Positions 10,113-20,619 are shown, numbered from the stretch's first letter. The stretch is DNA of 64,000 bases from Candidatus Altiarchaeales archaeon (GCA_014727915.1 WJMO01000006.1:448001-512000); one strand, 5' to 3'. Translations and numbers: made by a program. The notes: a model not told the origin generated them from the sequence alone.

Positions 10113-11285
10113 ATGCCCGTCGAAGAACTAGTCCTGGGAGACAAGACCGTATACATTGTAGGCACCGCCCACGTCAGCGACGAGAGCGTGAAATCGGTTG
10201 AAGAATCCATAAGAAAATACAGGCCGGACGCTGTGGCGGTGGAACTGTGCGAGCAGAGATACCAGGCACTGAAGGAAGAGCGCAAATGGGACGAGACAGA
10301 GATCACCGAGGTCCTGTCCTCCGGGAGGGTGTACCTGTTCCTGATGCAGCTGCTGCTGTCCAACTTCCAGCGGAAGATAGGGGAGGAAGTCGGGGTTAAA
10401 CCGGGAGCTGAGATGATGAAGGCCGTGGAAGTAGCAGAAGAGGAGGACATCAAAGTCGTGCTGGCCGACCGGGACGTGCGAGTGACGCTGAAGCGGGCCA
10501 TGGACCTCATGTCAGCGAAGGAGAAGATAAGGCTTCTCTACGGCATAGTCGGAGGCTTCATAGAGGGTGAGGAGATAAACGAGGAGCTCATAGAGAAGAT
10601 GAAGGAGAAGGACGTCCTCACCGAGCTCATGGAAGAGCTCGCAGTGGAAACACCCTCCATAAAGAGGGTCCTGGTGGATGAGAGGGACCAGCACATCGCC
10701 CACAGGATATACTCGGCTGAAGGGAGGAGGATAGTGGCCGTGATAGGAGCGGGACACATGGAAGGCGTGAAAAGATGGCTTAACAGATTCAACGAGACGG
10801 GAGGCGTCGTAACATACACGCACAGCATGGAAGGGGTCGAGATAGGCGGGGTGAGCAGGAAGAAGATAAACCTGATAGCATACGGGGTCCCCGCAGCCTT
10901 CATAATACTCATCATATGGGGTTACATACAACACGGGAGCGCCATGACCCTGGACATGATATTCAGGTGGTTCCTCATAAACGGGACACTGTCCGCCCTC
11001 GGAGCGGCGCTGGCGCTGGCACACCCTCTGACTGTGGTGTCAGCCTTCCTGGCAGCACCCTTCACATCCCTGAACCCTGCGATGGCAGCAGGGTGGGTGG
11101 CAGGATACGTGGAGCTGAAGATGAGAAAGCCCAGGGTAGTCGACTTCAAACAGCTTGTCAAGCTGGACACGAGAGAATACTGGAAGAACAGGGTCACAAG
11201 GGTGGTTTTGATAGTTGTGTTCGCGAACATAGGCAGCACCATAGGGACGTTCATAGCACTGCCCTATTTGGCCAGCCTATTATAA
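10113..11285 (+). CDS. TraB/PrgY (pheromone shutdown) family protein
   Basis: IVGTAHVS, VAVELC, PGAEM, LADRD, ERD, GAGH; C-terminal TMs. Confidence 0.93.
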   Translation: MPVEELVLGDKTVYIVGTAHVSDESVKSVEESIRKYRPDAVAVELCEQRYQALKEERKWDETEITEVLSSGRVYLFLMQLLLSNFQRKIGEEVGVKPGAEMMKAVEVAEEEDIKVVLADRDVRVTLKRAMDLMSAKEKIRLLYGIVGGFIEGEEINEELIEKMKEKDVLTELMEELAVETPSIKRVLVDERDQHIAHRIYSAEGRRIVAVIGAGHMEGVKRWLNRFNETGGVVTYTHSMEGVEIGGVSRKKINLIAYGVPAAFIILIIWGYIQHGSAMTLDMIFRWFLINGTLSALGAALALAHPLTVVSAFLAAPFTSLNPAMAAGWVAGYVELKMRKPRVVDFKQLVKLDTREYWKNRVTRVVLIVVFANIGSTIGTFIALPYLASLL

Positions 11286-11308
11286 ACCACTTTGGAGAAT
11301 ATTATACG

Positions 11309-12136
11309 ATGAGCGATTTCGGACTGATAGGCCATCCCGTCGAGCACAGCATGAGCAAGGTGATGCACGAGGCAGCCTTCGAAGAGATGGGATTGGAATA
11401 CGTATACGGGCTTTTCGACGTTGAGGAAGCAGAACTCGAGCTTTTCATGGAACACGCCAAATTCAGGGGTTTGAACGTGACCATACCGTTGAAGACGGCC
11501 GTCATCGAACACCTGGACGAAGTCAGCCCGGAAGCTGACTTCATAGGTTCGGTAAACACCGTGGAGTTCTCCGGGAACAGGAAGATAGGCCATAACACTG
11601 ACGTCCTGGGTTTCATGAAATGCCTGGAGGAGGCGGAGGTCGAGTTGGAGGAAAGCACGTTCCTAGTGCTGGGCAGCGGCGGAGCGGGAAGGGGGATCGT
11701 TTTCAAGCTGGCGATGGAAAAGCACAGGGTCTACAACTTCGACGTGGACGAGATGAAATGCGCCCGGCTGGCCGAGGACGTGATGGAGAAGGTTGGGGTG
11801 AGGGTGGAACCAGTGAAGGTGGATGGGATAAAGGACACGATAAAGAACGTTGACGTGCTAGTCAACGCAACACCAGTAGGCATGCACCCCAAGATAGACC
11901 GGATGCCCGTGCCACCCGACATCCTGCACCCAGCACTGACGGTCGTGGACATAGTATACAACCCGTTGGAGACCAAGCTGCTGAGATACGCGAGGCAACG
12001 CTGCGAGAAAGCAGTTAACGGCGTTGGTATGCTGGTACACCAGGGGGCTGAATCCCTCAGGATATGGCTTGGACAGGGCCCACCCGTCGAAGTCATGAGA
12101 AAAGCCGTCTTAGAGAGGCTAGAAAGTCAGGGTTGA
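11309..12136 (+). CDS. aroE: Shikimate dehydrogenase
   Basis: GHPVEHSMS, NVTIPLK, NTD, GSGGAG, NATPVGM, DIVYNP, MLVHQG; start set at ATG 11309. Confidence 0.95.
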   Translation: MSDFGLIGHPVEHSMSKVMHEAAFEEMGLEYVYGLFDVEEAELELFMEHAKFRGLNVTIPLKTAVIEHLDEVSPEADFIGSVNTVEFSGNRKIGHNTDVLGFMKCLEEAEVELEESTFLVLGSGGAGRGIVFKLAMEKHRVYNFDVDEMKCARLAEDVMEKVGVRVEPVKVDGIKDTIKNVDVLVNATPVGMHPKIDRMPVPPDILHPALTVVDIVYNPLETKLLRYARQRCEKAVNGVGMLVHQGAESLRIWLGQGPPVEVMRKAVLERLESQG

Positions 12137-13016
12137 GCGCCTCCTCGAACAGCTTCCTCCTGCAGGATAGGTATTCCCCATATGATCTGTTGAAGTCCTC
12201 TATTCTGCCGTCCAGGTCACCCCGTAGGTACGAGTCCACGAAGGCTATCGACTTACTGTGCAATTCCATCTCCAAATCCTTCAGCTCCTCGCTTCCGTAT
12301 AGAAGGAAGAGCCTGTCGGAAACGCGCTTGAGCTCCGGTAGGGACATGCCAGAAAGCTGGGATTCATCCAGGTAACCCAGGTATTTGGTCAGCTGGAGGG
12401 AGACCGCCATCGAGCACATGAAATCCGAACAGCAGATAGGGCGTATGCCCTTAAGATACAACGAGCACCGGTCCCCGTCCAGGAAGGCGCATGCGACGGA
12501 CCTGCGGGTTATCCAAAGCCTTGTGCCATCCCACCTAAGCGGCAGGTTATAGAATTTCTCTGAGGATATCTCAGGCCCTGTGGCACGCACCTCGTAGAAT
12601 TTCTCCACACCATCCCGTTCGAACACGAATAGTTCCCGGGGAAGGGCCCTCATCAGCTTGTCGGGAAGGCCCTTGAACCGGCGCTCTGCAATATAGTTTT
12701 TGAAGTCCCGGCCTGAAGACTTCAGGAGGCGCTCTATACCGGATATGGAAGGCAAGTCCATCTGGACCGTTATCTCATTTGGGGGGAAGTGACAGCATAG
12801 GGCACCACAGCGTATGGTGCAAGACGTGTTCTGCGCGGCGTCTATCAGCTTGGCAAGCCGCATGTACATGTTCATCAGCACATCGAATGCAGTGTAGGAT
12901 TCGCTGGTGTTCCTAGGCTTGGAGGCTATCCTGTGCATGTTCAGGTCCAGGTACCTTAGCCTAGCGGCCTGCAGCTCAACCCACTCGCTCACCCCAGCCT
13001 CTTTCTCACCTTCCAA
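12093..13016 (-). CDS. YkgJ-like Cys-cluster (Fe-S/Zn) protein
   Basis: CTIRCGALCC ... CAFLDGDRCSLY ... RPICCSDFMC. Confidence 0.7.
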   Translation of the reverse strand: MEGEKEAGVSEWVELQAARLRYLDLNMHRIASKPRNTSESYTAFDVLMNMYMRLAKLIDAAQNTSCTIRCGALCCHFPPNEITVQMDLPSISGIERLLKSSGRDFKNYIAERRFKGLPDKLMRALPRELFVFERDGVEKFYEVRATGPEISSEKFYNLPLRWDGTRLWITRRSVACAFLDGDRCSLYLKGIRPICCSDFMCSMAVSLQLTKYLGYLDESQLSGMSLPELKRVSDRLFLLYGSEELKDLEMELHSKSIAFVDSYLRGDLDGRIEDFNRSYGEYLSCRRKLFEEALNPDFLASLRRLFS

Positions 13017-14062
13017 TTTACCCTATCCCCCGCCTCCTTGAACGATATGCCATGGGCTTCAGCCACCCTCTTAAGATCGTCATATTCCGGCTTGAAACCA
13101 TTGGGTGTGAACTTCACAGTAACCTCCTCATATCCGCGGCCGAACCTCAACTTGAAGGTCCTTGAAGACCTTGGAAGCTCATACCTGTACTCCAGGGGGT
13201 GCACGCGAACTCCCAAGGAGCCTGTCTCTGACATGATCTTAGAGGCGTGTTCCCCTGGACGGTCTGACAGCACCCTCACAAGGAATCCTATCCTGCCCTT
13301 CTTCATCACGCAAGGTATCGTATGAACGTCCAAGGCACCGGCTTTCATCAGTGAGGACATGGAGTAGGAGATCTGCTCGGGGGTGCAGTCGTCTATGTTG
13401 GACTCCAGTATCACCAGTTCCCTGCTCTCAGCAACTCCAAGAACGTTAGGCCGTTTCAACCGCATCGAACCAGCGCCAAACCCCGACGGGGAGCAATCCA
13501 TGTCCCTGTAGTCGGGGTTCAAGGCTGCCAGTATGGCGGCTCCCGTAGGGGTGACCAATTCACGGTCGGAGACATGGCGGACAGGTATGCCATATTCGGA
13601 TATTATCCCCATTGTCGCAGGGGCGTTGAAGCCGCAGGAAACAATCGAAGAGGTGAAGTCCATGTCAATCCATCCCAGGTCGTCCAACGCGACGGCAGCT
13701 GCAACGGAGTCCACGACGCAGTCAACTGCCTCGTGCAGGTGAACCCTTCGGAGCGTTATACCATGGGCTCTGGACTCCGCCTCCCCCAACACCTTAAGGA
13801 CCCGGAGGGCGAACCTGCGAACGCGTGGTTTCAGCTTCAAACTCCTGACCGTCCTCGCCAGGTCATAGTACCTCCGGGAATCTGGCTCGAATTGAACGTG
13901 AAATTTGACCGCTTTAACTCCAGCGCGGGAGACATTTGAGGCTGAAGTCTTTGCAACGCCCTTCAACGCCTTCCCTATCCTAGCGTGATCTGCGCCGGCG
14001 TCGATCAACGCGCCCACGAACATGTCGCCGGCGATGCCAGACCCGCAGTCCAAGTAGATCAT
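12989..14062 (-). CDS. larC: LarC family nickel insertion protein
   Basis: YLDCGSGIAGDMFVGAL, VHLHE, ELVTPTGAA, LESNIDD, GALDV, MKKGR, KPEYDD. Confidence 0.9.
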   Translation of the reverse strand: MIYLDCGSGIAGDMFVGALIDAGADHARIGKALKGVAKTSASNVSRAGVKAVKFHVQFEPDSRRYYDLARTVRSLKLKPRVRRFALRVLKVLGEAESRAHGITLRRVHLHEAVDCVVDSVAAAVALDDLGWIDMDFTSSIVSCGFNAPATMGIISEYGIPVRHVSDRELVTPTGAAILAALNPDYRDMDCSPSGFGAGSMRLKRPNVLGVAESRELVILESNIDDCTPEQISYSMSSLMKAGALDVHTIPCVMKKGRIGFLVRVLSDRPGEHASKIMSETGSLGVRVHPLEYRYELPRSSRTFKLRFGRGYEEVTVKFTPNGFKPEYDDLKRVAEAHGISFKEAGDRVNWKVRKRLG

Positions 14063-14529
14063 CTTTCCTCGTCAAGGAGCATCATGCCCAGGCGCCTGAA
14101 CCGTATGTCATCGCCCGCAGACTCTATTATGCGGCCGTACTCCTCCCAAGCCTGGTCGAATCGGCCGGTGAAATAGTACAATAACGCCAGGTTATGGCGG
14201 GCCTCGTGGAATTCAGGATCCAGCTTAATCGCATATTTGAACGCCCTCTCAGCCTTATCAACCCGTTTCTCGTCCTCGATCAACTCTGGGGGGTTAGTGT
14301 AGAGGACGCCGATGTTATAGTGTGTGAGGGGGTTTTCGTAGTCGTAGAGGAGGGACAGCTTAAGCAGGGACTCCGTGAGGTCTGGGTACCCCTTCAGGTA
14401 GTTCAGGGTGCCGGCGAACTCCGTTAGCTTGGAGGCGAGCTGCTTCTTGTCCTCCACCGATTCCATGGCCTTCAAGGCCTCCTCGAACCTCAAACCCTTC
14501 AACAGGCCTACAACATCGTCTGAATTCAT
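14059..14529 (-). CDS. Tetratricopeptide repeat protein
   Basis: HYNIGVLY, AIKLDPEFHEARHNLALLY; translationally coupled to larB and larC. Confidence 0.8.
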   Translation of the reverse strand: MNSDDVVGLLKGLRFEEALKAMESVEDKKQLASKLTEFAGTLNYLKGYPDLTESLLKLSLLYDYENPLTHYNIGVLYTNPPELIEDEKRVDKAERAFKYAIKLDPEFHEARHNLALLYYFTGRFDQAWEEYGRIIESAGDDIRFRRLGMMLLDEER

Positions 14530-15173
14530 CTTATTATCTGGTATGCAAGTACGGCAGCGCCGTATCCGTTGTCTATGTTAACCACTGCGACGGGAGTGCA
14601 TGAGGTCAGCATCGCGTTCAACGCCACCCTACCACCCCTTCCGACGCCGTAGCCGACAGACGTGGGAACACCTATTACCGGGACGTCAACCAGGCCAGAC
14701 ACCACTGAGGGGAGGGCTCCCTCCATCCCGGCGACCACTATCAGGACCTGTGCTTCCGTCATCTTCTCAAGGGCTGGGTATACCCGGTGAACGCCGGCTA
14801 CGCCCACATCATATGCGGTTATTGATTCGCATCCAAGCTCCTCGAGTATTGTCCTCGCCTCCTCTGCGACGCCTATGTCGGATGTGCCAGCGGTTATTAT
14901 CCCCGCCTTGCCCCTGGCCTCTACCTTGAATCCTCTTTTCTTCAAGACCAGTACGCCGGAGTCCTCGTTGTATTCGGAGTCACGGTCGGTGAACCTCTCT
15001 AGCAGGGGCTTCGCCTTTTCCGGGTTGACCTTGGTCACTATGACCCTGCCTGCCCTCTCGAGGAAAGTCTCGGCTATGCTCAATAGCTGTTCCTTTGACT
15101 TTCCCTGCCCGTAGACTATCTCAGGTATTCCGCAGCGTTCCATCCGTTCGAAGTCAGGCTCCACTATTTTCAT
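14526..15173 (-). CDS. larB: LarB nickel-pincer cofactor biosynthesis carboxylase (PurE-like)
   Basis: R.ERCGIPEIVYGQGK, AGTSD, DVGVAG, AGMEGAL, VPTSVGYG, VVNIDNGYGA. Confidence 0.93.
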   Translation of the reverse strand: MKIVEPDFERMERCGIPEIVYGQGKSKEQLLSIAETFLERAGRVIVTKVNPEKAKPLLERFTDRDSEYNEDSGVLVLKKRGFKVEARGKAGIITAGTSDIGVAEEARTILEELGCESITAYDVGVAGVHRVYPALEKMTEAQVLIVVAGMEGALPSVVSGLVDVPVIGVPTSVGYGVGRGGRVALNAMLTSCTPVAVVNIDNGYGAAVLAYQIIR

Positions 15174-15838
15174 TTCCAGAGGATCTCCTTGAGAGCTTTC
15201 ATCTCATCCAATGTGTACTGTCCGGGAGCGGTTCTCTTCTCATGGGACACCGCAGCGAACGTAATGAATCCTCCCAGCAGGGGACCTACAACGCGGGTCA
15301 GACCTCCGAGCTCCCCCATGCTGAGCGCTATCACAGGTATCTTCAGCCCGGAGGAAGCCTGCGCCCGGAGGACTTCCACGACGTCGGCTCTGGTCTCGGG
15401 CTTGAAAGCCACCTTAGCTATGTCAGCGCCCGCGGACTCCTCCTCCTTCAAAAGGGCTATTATCTCGTCTGAGGGGGGTGTCTTCTCGAAGTCGTGGAAT
15501 GCGATGACCACCTTGACTCCGGCAGACTTCACCTCCTCTATTAGCTGGTTGCGCAGCTTCTCCTCCGCTCTCAACTCCACCGTCACATAGTCAGCGTGCT
15601 CCAGTGAAGCCCTGAGAAGGCCAAAGCGGTCCTCTTCAGAGCCCTTGAACCTCCCCCCCTCCCAAGCGGGCATGCAAGTAACCATGAGGGGCTGCTTGAG
15701 GTTGGAGAGCATTCTTAGGTCGGGGCTTCCGCTGAGGAAGTCCAATCTAGCCTCCACCAGGTCGCATTCCAGGCCCTCCGCTGATTTAACCTGAGAATCC
15801 AAAGATTCATCCATCAACGGCACGCATATCAAAGACAT
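15170..15838 (-). CDS. aroD: Type I 3-dehydroquinate dehydratase
   Basis: ICVPL, EARLD, EGG, FHDFEKTP, DIAK, MGELG..TR, TAPGQ; start set at ATG 15838. Confidence 0.92.
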   Translation of the reverse strand: MSLICVPLMDESLDSQVKSAEGLECDLVEARLDFLSGSPDLRMLSNLKQPLMVTCMPAWEGGRFKGSEEDRFGLLRASLEHADYVTVELRAEEKLRNQLIEEVKSAGVKVVIAFHDFEKTPPSDEIIALLKEEESAGADIAKVAFKPETRADVVEVLRAQASSGLKIPVIALSMGELGGLTRVVGPLLGGFITFAAVSHEKRTAPGQYTLDEMKALKEILWK

Positions 15839-15865
15839 AAAAGATAGAAGGGAGTACAATATTAA

Positions 15866-16252
15866 ATGGGAGAGATGAGAGTAGTGGACGAGACGCGCGG
15901 GACAGTGATATCCGAGGAGGCGGAGCTTAGGAGCTCTTTCCTCGGGCGTTTCAGGGGTCTTATGCTGAGCGGGAGGAAGGATATCATACTGGAATGCCGG
16001 AGGGAGTCCATACTGGACTCGACCATACACATGATGTACATGCTATACCCCATAGACGTGGTATGGGTGAACGGTCAGATGGAGGTAGTGGACTTGGAAA
16101 AGGGCGTGAGGCCGTTCAACCCGTTGAAGCCCTGCACCTGGAGGCTGCACAAGCCGCGGTCTCCCGCAAGATACGTGATCGAGCTGGGAAAGGCCGGGTT
16201 AGAGGAGGACGTTAAGGTAGGGGACATGGTGTCATTTTCTGTTGATGAATAA
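15866..16252 (+). CDS. DUF192 family protein
   Basis: RFRGLM, IHMMYMLYPIDVVW, ARYVIEL. Confidence 0.85.
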   Translation: MGEMRVVDETRGTVISEEAELRSSFLGRFRGLMLSGRKDIILECRRESILDSTIHMMYMLYPIDVVWVNGQMEVVDLEKGVRPFNPLKPCTWRLHKPRSPARYVIELGKAGLEEDVKVGDMVSFSVDE

Positions 16253-17056
16253 GCCTAGCATTATCAATGCCGTTCCGATGAAGAAGCGTAGGGTCATCTC
16301 CTCCCCTATGAACAAGCTGAAGAGGATTGCCAAGGGTATCGTGAAGAAGGATATGACACTCCCCCGGGTGGGTTGGACGTACCGGTAGCCGTATGTTAGA
16401 TTGAGCTGGCCGAGGAAGGTTAGGACCGCGACAGAAGATAGCAATAGGACCCCGGATAATTCCAGGTTGGCGGACTCCCCGATGGAAGGAGAGCAAGCTA
16501 GCAATCCTAGGAGGCAGGGAGCCAAGTATACGATGACGGGGTTGTTTCGCTCCCTCGACTTCCTTATGTAGTGCACCGCAAACCCTGAAAGAGCGCCCGA
16601 GGCCAGCCCAAGAAAGTTCCCGAACAGCGGGTAGTATGTTCCGTCATAGAAGACTGTCAAAACCCCTATGACGCAGAGCAGTATGCTGAAAACATTACGC
16701 CGGGTTATCGCCTCCTTGAAGAATAGGAATCCATAGAATGCGACGAATATGGGGTAGGTTAGGTTGAGTAGCGTGGCGCGGCCGCTGCTAGTGAACTGGA
16801 TGGCATGGTAGTAGGAGACCATGGCTGAGACTCCGAACACCGCCCTCAATGTGAGGTGCTTCAGATCATATGCTCTGAAGTCCCGGTGGAACGCCTTCAG
16901 TGCTAACATTGAGAGGACGGCCCCGAGTGAGAACCTGAAGAACGCTATGAACAGTCCAGAGAAGGACGAGGATGCTAGCTTTATCAACAATGCCGCCAGC
17001 GCAAAGAAAAGGCAGGAGGACAGGATCGAAACCTCCCCGCGGCGCACAGCATCCAT
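16232..17056 (-). CDS. DMT/EamA family transporter
   Basis: About 10 TMs in two repeats; FFRF, ATLLNLTYPIF, FFKE. Confidence 0.88.
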   Translation of the reverse strand: MDAVRRGEVSILSSCLFFALAALLIKLASSSFSGLFIAFFRFSLGAVLSMLALKAFHRDFRAYDLKHLTLRAVFGVSAMVSYYHAIQFTSSGRATLLNLTYPIFVAFYGFLFFKEAITRRNVFSILLCVIGVLTVFYDGTYYPLFGNFLGLASGALSGFAVHYIRKSRERNNPVIVYLAPCLLGLLACSPSIGESANLELSGVLLLSSVAVLTFLGQLNLTYGYRYVQPTRGSVISFFTIPLAILFSLFIGEEMTLRFFIGTALIMLGLFINRK

Positions 17057-17092
17057 TTTAAAATATTGTGACAAATAGCCGATTATATTAAA

Positions 17093-17899
17093 TTATTTCA
17101 ACTTTATCCTTTTCTTTAGTAGGTAGCCCGTGCAGAAACCGACCGCCAGCACGGAGGCTATCAGGACAACGACCTCAACGGTCGGGAAGGGAATCGACTG
17201 CACGCCAGCAGAGTCTGGTTGATGATACAACATGGGAGCGAGTGTTGTAGACACCGACTCTGAAACACGATCCACAATAGTGGATGCCACAGTGGTAGTG
17301 GTTTCTGTGATACTGTCCAACGCATTAGAGGCGGTCCCAGCTGCCTCCTGGACAGAGTCAAACGTGGCATTGACCGAATCATCCGGCAGATTGGATGGTG
17401 CGGAGTATTTCATCATGCGCGACCCTTCACCAGCGCCCTCCAACAGAGGCGACACCGTCTCGTTATAGACGACAGTCTTCGCGGCTTGTATCATTCCAGG
17501 CCCGCCCATCGCCATCTCATCAGCTGGTGCTGGCACAGACTTCAACATGTTCCCATAGGTTAACTTCGTGAAGATGGACATCGCGCTGCCGGCCAATGCC
17601 AGCAAGGAGGTCCCGAGGAGTATCCACACCTTTGTCTCGTTTGGGCTGACTATCCCCTTTCCCTTGGGGGTTAGATGATAGTACTTCCACTTGGTCCCCC
17701 TGTCCTCGGCCTCTATCAGTCCTGCCTCCACCAGACGGTCGAGGTGCTCCTTTATTGTCGAAGGCCGCATGCCCATCTGCTCGGCTATGTCCGAAAGGGT
17801 GAGCTTATGAAGCGAAAGCTTCTTAAGTATCTCTATGCGTGTGTCCGCAGCCAACACCTTGAACGTCTCCCGGTCCAAGGTTATCTTGTCACTCATCAT
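17093..17899 (-). CDS. ArsR-type winged-helix regulator with TM segments
   Basis: TLDRETFKVLAADTRIEILK..HL..L.EAGLI..KWKYY.LT.KG followed by a TM, a T/S-rich region and a C-terminal TM. Confidence 0.85.
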   Translation of the reverse strand: MMSDKITLDRETFKVLAADTRIEILKKLSLHKLTLSDIAEQMGMRPSTIKEHLDRLVEAGLIEAEDRGTKWKYYHLTPKGKGIVSPNETKVWILLGTSLLALAGSAMSIFTKLTYGNMLKSVPAPADEMAMGGPGMIQAAKTVVYNETVSPLLEGAGEGSRMMKYSAPSNLPDDSVNATFDSVQEAAGTASNALDSITETTTTVASTIVDRVSESVSTTLAPMLYHQPDSAGVQSIPFPTVEVVVLIASVLAVGFCTGYLLKKRIKLK

Positions 17900-20540
17900 G
17901 CATCCACTCCGGCTTAACTGGCGGGTTGTCCTGGAGCATCTGACGCCATTTCTCGTCCGTCAGCCTGTCAGCCATGGGGTGCTTGAACTCGTAGTATGTG
18001 AAGACCGGGCCTGCACCGAGTATTACGCGGCCGTCCGGGACCTTGTAGGCGACAATCACCAAGTCCACGTAGCCGACACCCTCCTCCAACACCATCATGG
18101 AATTGGTGTCTGTGTGCACGTCCGCCACTAGGGTGGTCTTCTTGGCCTTGTCGTCGACCTCGGAGATGACGGCGTTCAATTCATCCCCGAAGTCCTTGAT
18201 GAACTCGTAATCCTCGTCTGAGAGCTCCCTATTCTCCAACTCCCTATCTGAGATATCTACAAGCCTTGAAAGTATCGTATCTAGTTTGGTGAGCCGCCTC
18301 TTGGAGGCTTCGCCCAACACTCCCATCTCGTCCAAGCCGGAGTTGGTCATCCTCGTCAGCGAAAGGAGGCGGGCGTAGAATTCGGGCACGGGTTCTACGT
18401 AGCCGACGACCGGCTTCTCCTCCGGTTCGACTGGCATCCCGGTCAATTTCATGGTGTAACTCTGCTTCGCATACAGTATTGTGTCGTGGCGGAGTTCCGT
18501 CCAGGAGGCCAATGCTGTGTTCAACTCCTTCTCCTCCCATTCGTCAGATTGCATGAACGTCGGATATCCGCTCCCATACTCTTTGAGCAACGGCTTAAGC
18601 GAATACAGCCAGCTCCAGTACAGGTTCCTGTTCCAGTCCTCCTCGGTGAAGCTGTTGAACTCGGCGGAGAGGTTCTGGTATGATTCGTCGTAGCGGGTGT
18701 ACATGGTGTCGTTAAGCTCGTCCAACAGCTCAGCCGCCCTCGCGGAGCCCAGCAATGCCATGACGTCCAAGCCCCGGGGGAACACCCGCGTGGAACCTCC
18801 GTCAGTGAATCCGTATGTGAAGGGAGTGGGTGCTCCGCCGGTGTAGAACCCGGCTCTACCAGCGCCTACAAGGTTCTGGAACATGTAGCTGTCGGGTATG
18901 AAACGCTGGCCCATCAGCCGGAATCCCTTAGTCGACTCGAGGCATTCTAGCACATCCTCCCTAGAACCCGGCGATACCTCGCACAAGCCCGTGCCGCCAT
19001 ATATTTTGGGGCTTGGGTAACCTGCCAGCTCCTCCCTGAGGCTCCATAGGAGGTCTTCGTCGAAGTCGGAGGGTCTGAACACGCCGCCAAAGCAGAGTTT
19101 GACCGTTTCCTTCACGTCACCCTGGAAGATGTCGACCTCACGGCACTCCTGGCCCGACAGGCATTCAAAGTCTGCCCTGCATCTCCTGTGGCATCGCAGG
19201 TCGCCGGTCTGAGGCCCGCAGTCCACACCCTCTGGTGTGGGGCTGCACTGCCGTGAGCTATAGCACATCTCATCATCGGAGCAGTTGGACTTGCAGTAGT
19301 CATAGCCTCCGGCGACAGCATCCAACGCTCCCATGTACTCGTAGGGGCCGAGGTCGTCGCTGAAGCCAACATAGAAGGCTGTCACCCCGTAGATGCGGTC
19401 CCACAAGGCCCTGGTCTCATCGTCTCTTTTCATCTGGTCGGCGAGCAACGAGGCCTGAAGGGTCTGTATCCTCGAGTCCTCCTCGGAGATGATGTCACTC
19501 TCCCGCAACAGGAAGCTCATCCTACCGTACCACATCAACGCCTTGAAGTAGTTCCTCAGCTTCTCGCTCCGAGTGTAGTGGCCGCGCGGCAGGTACTGGC
19601 TATAGTCCTCCTTGTATTTGAATACCTGGGACCTGGCGAATCCTGCGTGGGCTTCTATCAAAGAAAGCTCTGCCTCAACATCATCGGAAACGTAATCTGG
19701 CGGGTTGAACATGTGGCTCATGCGTTCGTCCTCTGTGAACTTCCCCCCCGAGTAGATACACTCGTGGTCTTTCCTAACGCAGTACTGGCCGTTCCTTGGC
19801 TTGAGCAGCTCCAACCCAACGGACAGGAAGGCAACGTTCCTCCGGTAGGCTTCCTTCAGCTCCCCAGTAGAGGAGCCGTAACCCACTATGTTCTCGGTCA
19901 GAAGGTCCATGGAGACGTTCCATATGCTGTCGTAGAACTCGCGCTCCTCGATTATCCGGAGGGTCTCGTCGAATTGTATGTGGTACATGTGCAGGAGGGA
20001 ATCAGCGGTTATGAACACGGGAATCTCATCGTCCTTAAGCCGGTCGTATACGTTGGTAATGTCCTCCTCCGCAGGGTTGAATGGATTCTCCACGGTCGCG
20101 AAACCGTATTCTAGCAGGTGTGCTTCAGAGTATGAGAGGCCCACCTTCGAGCTTACATCAGCATAGTTCGATATGGAGGATGCCTTCAACGGCAAGTCAT
20201 AGTCGGGAACCCGGGGGTTGACTTTTGCTTCGGTGGATGTGTAGTGCTTTAGGAACATCGACTCCATATTGGATTTGCCGGTCAAATCCTTAGATTCTGA
20301 ATCCAGGGGCATGTCAGGTATCGGGGGCAGTGTCTGCTCTGTCACCTCACATTCCCAGGCGCATTCTCCGGCAACACAGCTCCAACCACCGGTGCATTGT
20401 ATGTGGGGGCGGCCATCACAGTCGGATGGGGACCTACACATGGCGAACTCTGAGAGTGTCGTGGTGGTGACACCACCAGAAGGTGAGATACACCCGGATA
20501 ACAGTGCTAAAACTGCCAGTAACACGATTGAGGATTTCAT
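17889..20540 (-). CDS. DUF3160-domain lipoprotein with Cys-rich inserts
   Basis: Lipobox LSGC; FITADSLLH, DYSQYLPRGHYT, YFKALMWYGR, NLYWSWL, SWTELRHDTILYAKQ, GPVFTYYEF, RLTDEKW. Confidence 0.88.
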   Translation of the reverse strand: MKSSIVLLAVLALLSGCISPSGGVTTTTLSEFAMCRSPSDCDGRPHIQCTGGWSCVAGECAWECEVTEQTLPPIPDMPLDSESKDLTGKSNMESMFLKHYTSTEAKVNPRVPDYDLPLKASSISNYADVSSKVGLSYSEAHLLEYGFATVENPFNPAEEDITNVYDRLKDDEIPVFITADSLLHMYHIQFDETLRIIEEREFYDSIWNVSMDLLTENIVGYGSSTGELKEAYRRNVAFLSVGLELLKPRNGQYCVRKDHECIYSGGKFTEDERMSHMFNPPDYVSDDVEAELSLIEAHAGFARSQVFKYKEDYSQYLPRGHYTRSEKLRNYFKALMWYGRMSFLLRESDIISEEDSRIQTLQASLLADQMKRDDETRALWDRIYGVTAFYVGFSDDLGPYEYMGALDAVAGGYDYCKSNCSDDEMCYSSRQCSPTPEGVDCGPQTGDLRCHRRCRADFECLSGQECREVDIFQGDVKETVKLCFGGVFRPSDFDEDLLWSLREELAGYPSPKIYGGTGLCEVSPGSREDVLECLESTKGFRLMGQRFIPDSYMFQNLVGAGRAGFYTGGAPTPFTYGFTDGGSTRVFPRGLDVMALLGSARAAELLDELNDTMYTRYDESYQNLSAEFNSFTEEDWNRNLYWSWLYSLKPLLKEYGSGYPTFMQSDEWEEKELNTALASWTELRHDTILYAKQSYTMKLTGMPVEPEEKPVVGYVEPVPEFYARLLSLTRMTNSGLDEMGVLGEASKRRLTKLDTILSRLVDISDRELENRELSDEDYEFIKDFGDELNAVISEVDDKAKKTTLVADVHTDTNSMMVLEEGVGYVDLVIVAYKVPDGRVILGAGPVFTYYEFKHPMADRLTDEKWRQMLQDNPPVKPEWMHDE

Positions 20541-20577
20541 TGTAAAGGATTAGCCAGAGCGCATATAAACCTGTTAT

Positions 20578-20606
20578 CCTTTGTTTCGGCGATCGCCGAA
20601 AAAAGG
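20578..20606. terminator. Palindromic hairpin downstream of marC
   Basis: Perfect 18-bp palindrome TTTCGGCGATCGCCGAAA (20584-20601) extended by CCTTT/AAAGG. Confidence 0.45.
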
Positions 20607-20619
20607 TTTTCCAGGGTTT

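Noticed and set aside
10916-11308. N-terminal extensions given by the ORF track for aroE, aroD, folC, cobO, glyA and the Lon-like gene
   Set aside because: They overlap neighbouring genes or promoters; internal ATGs match the family N-termini.
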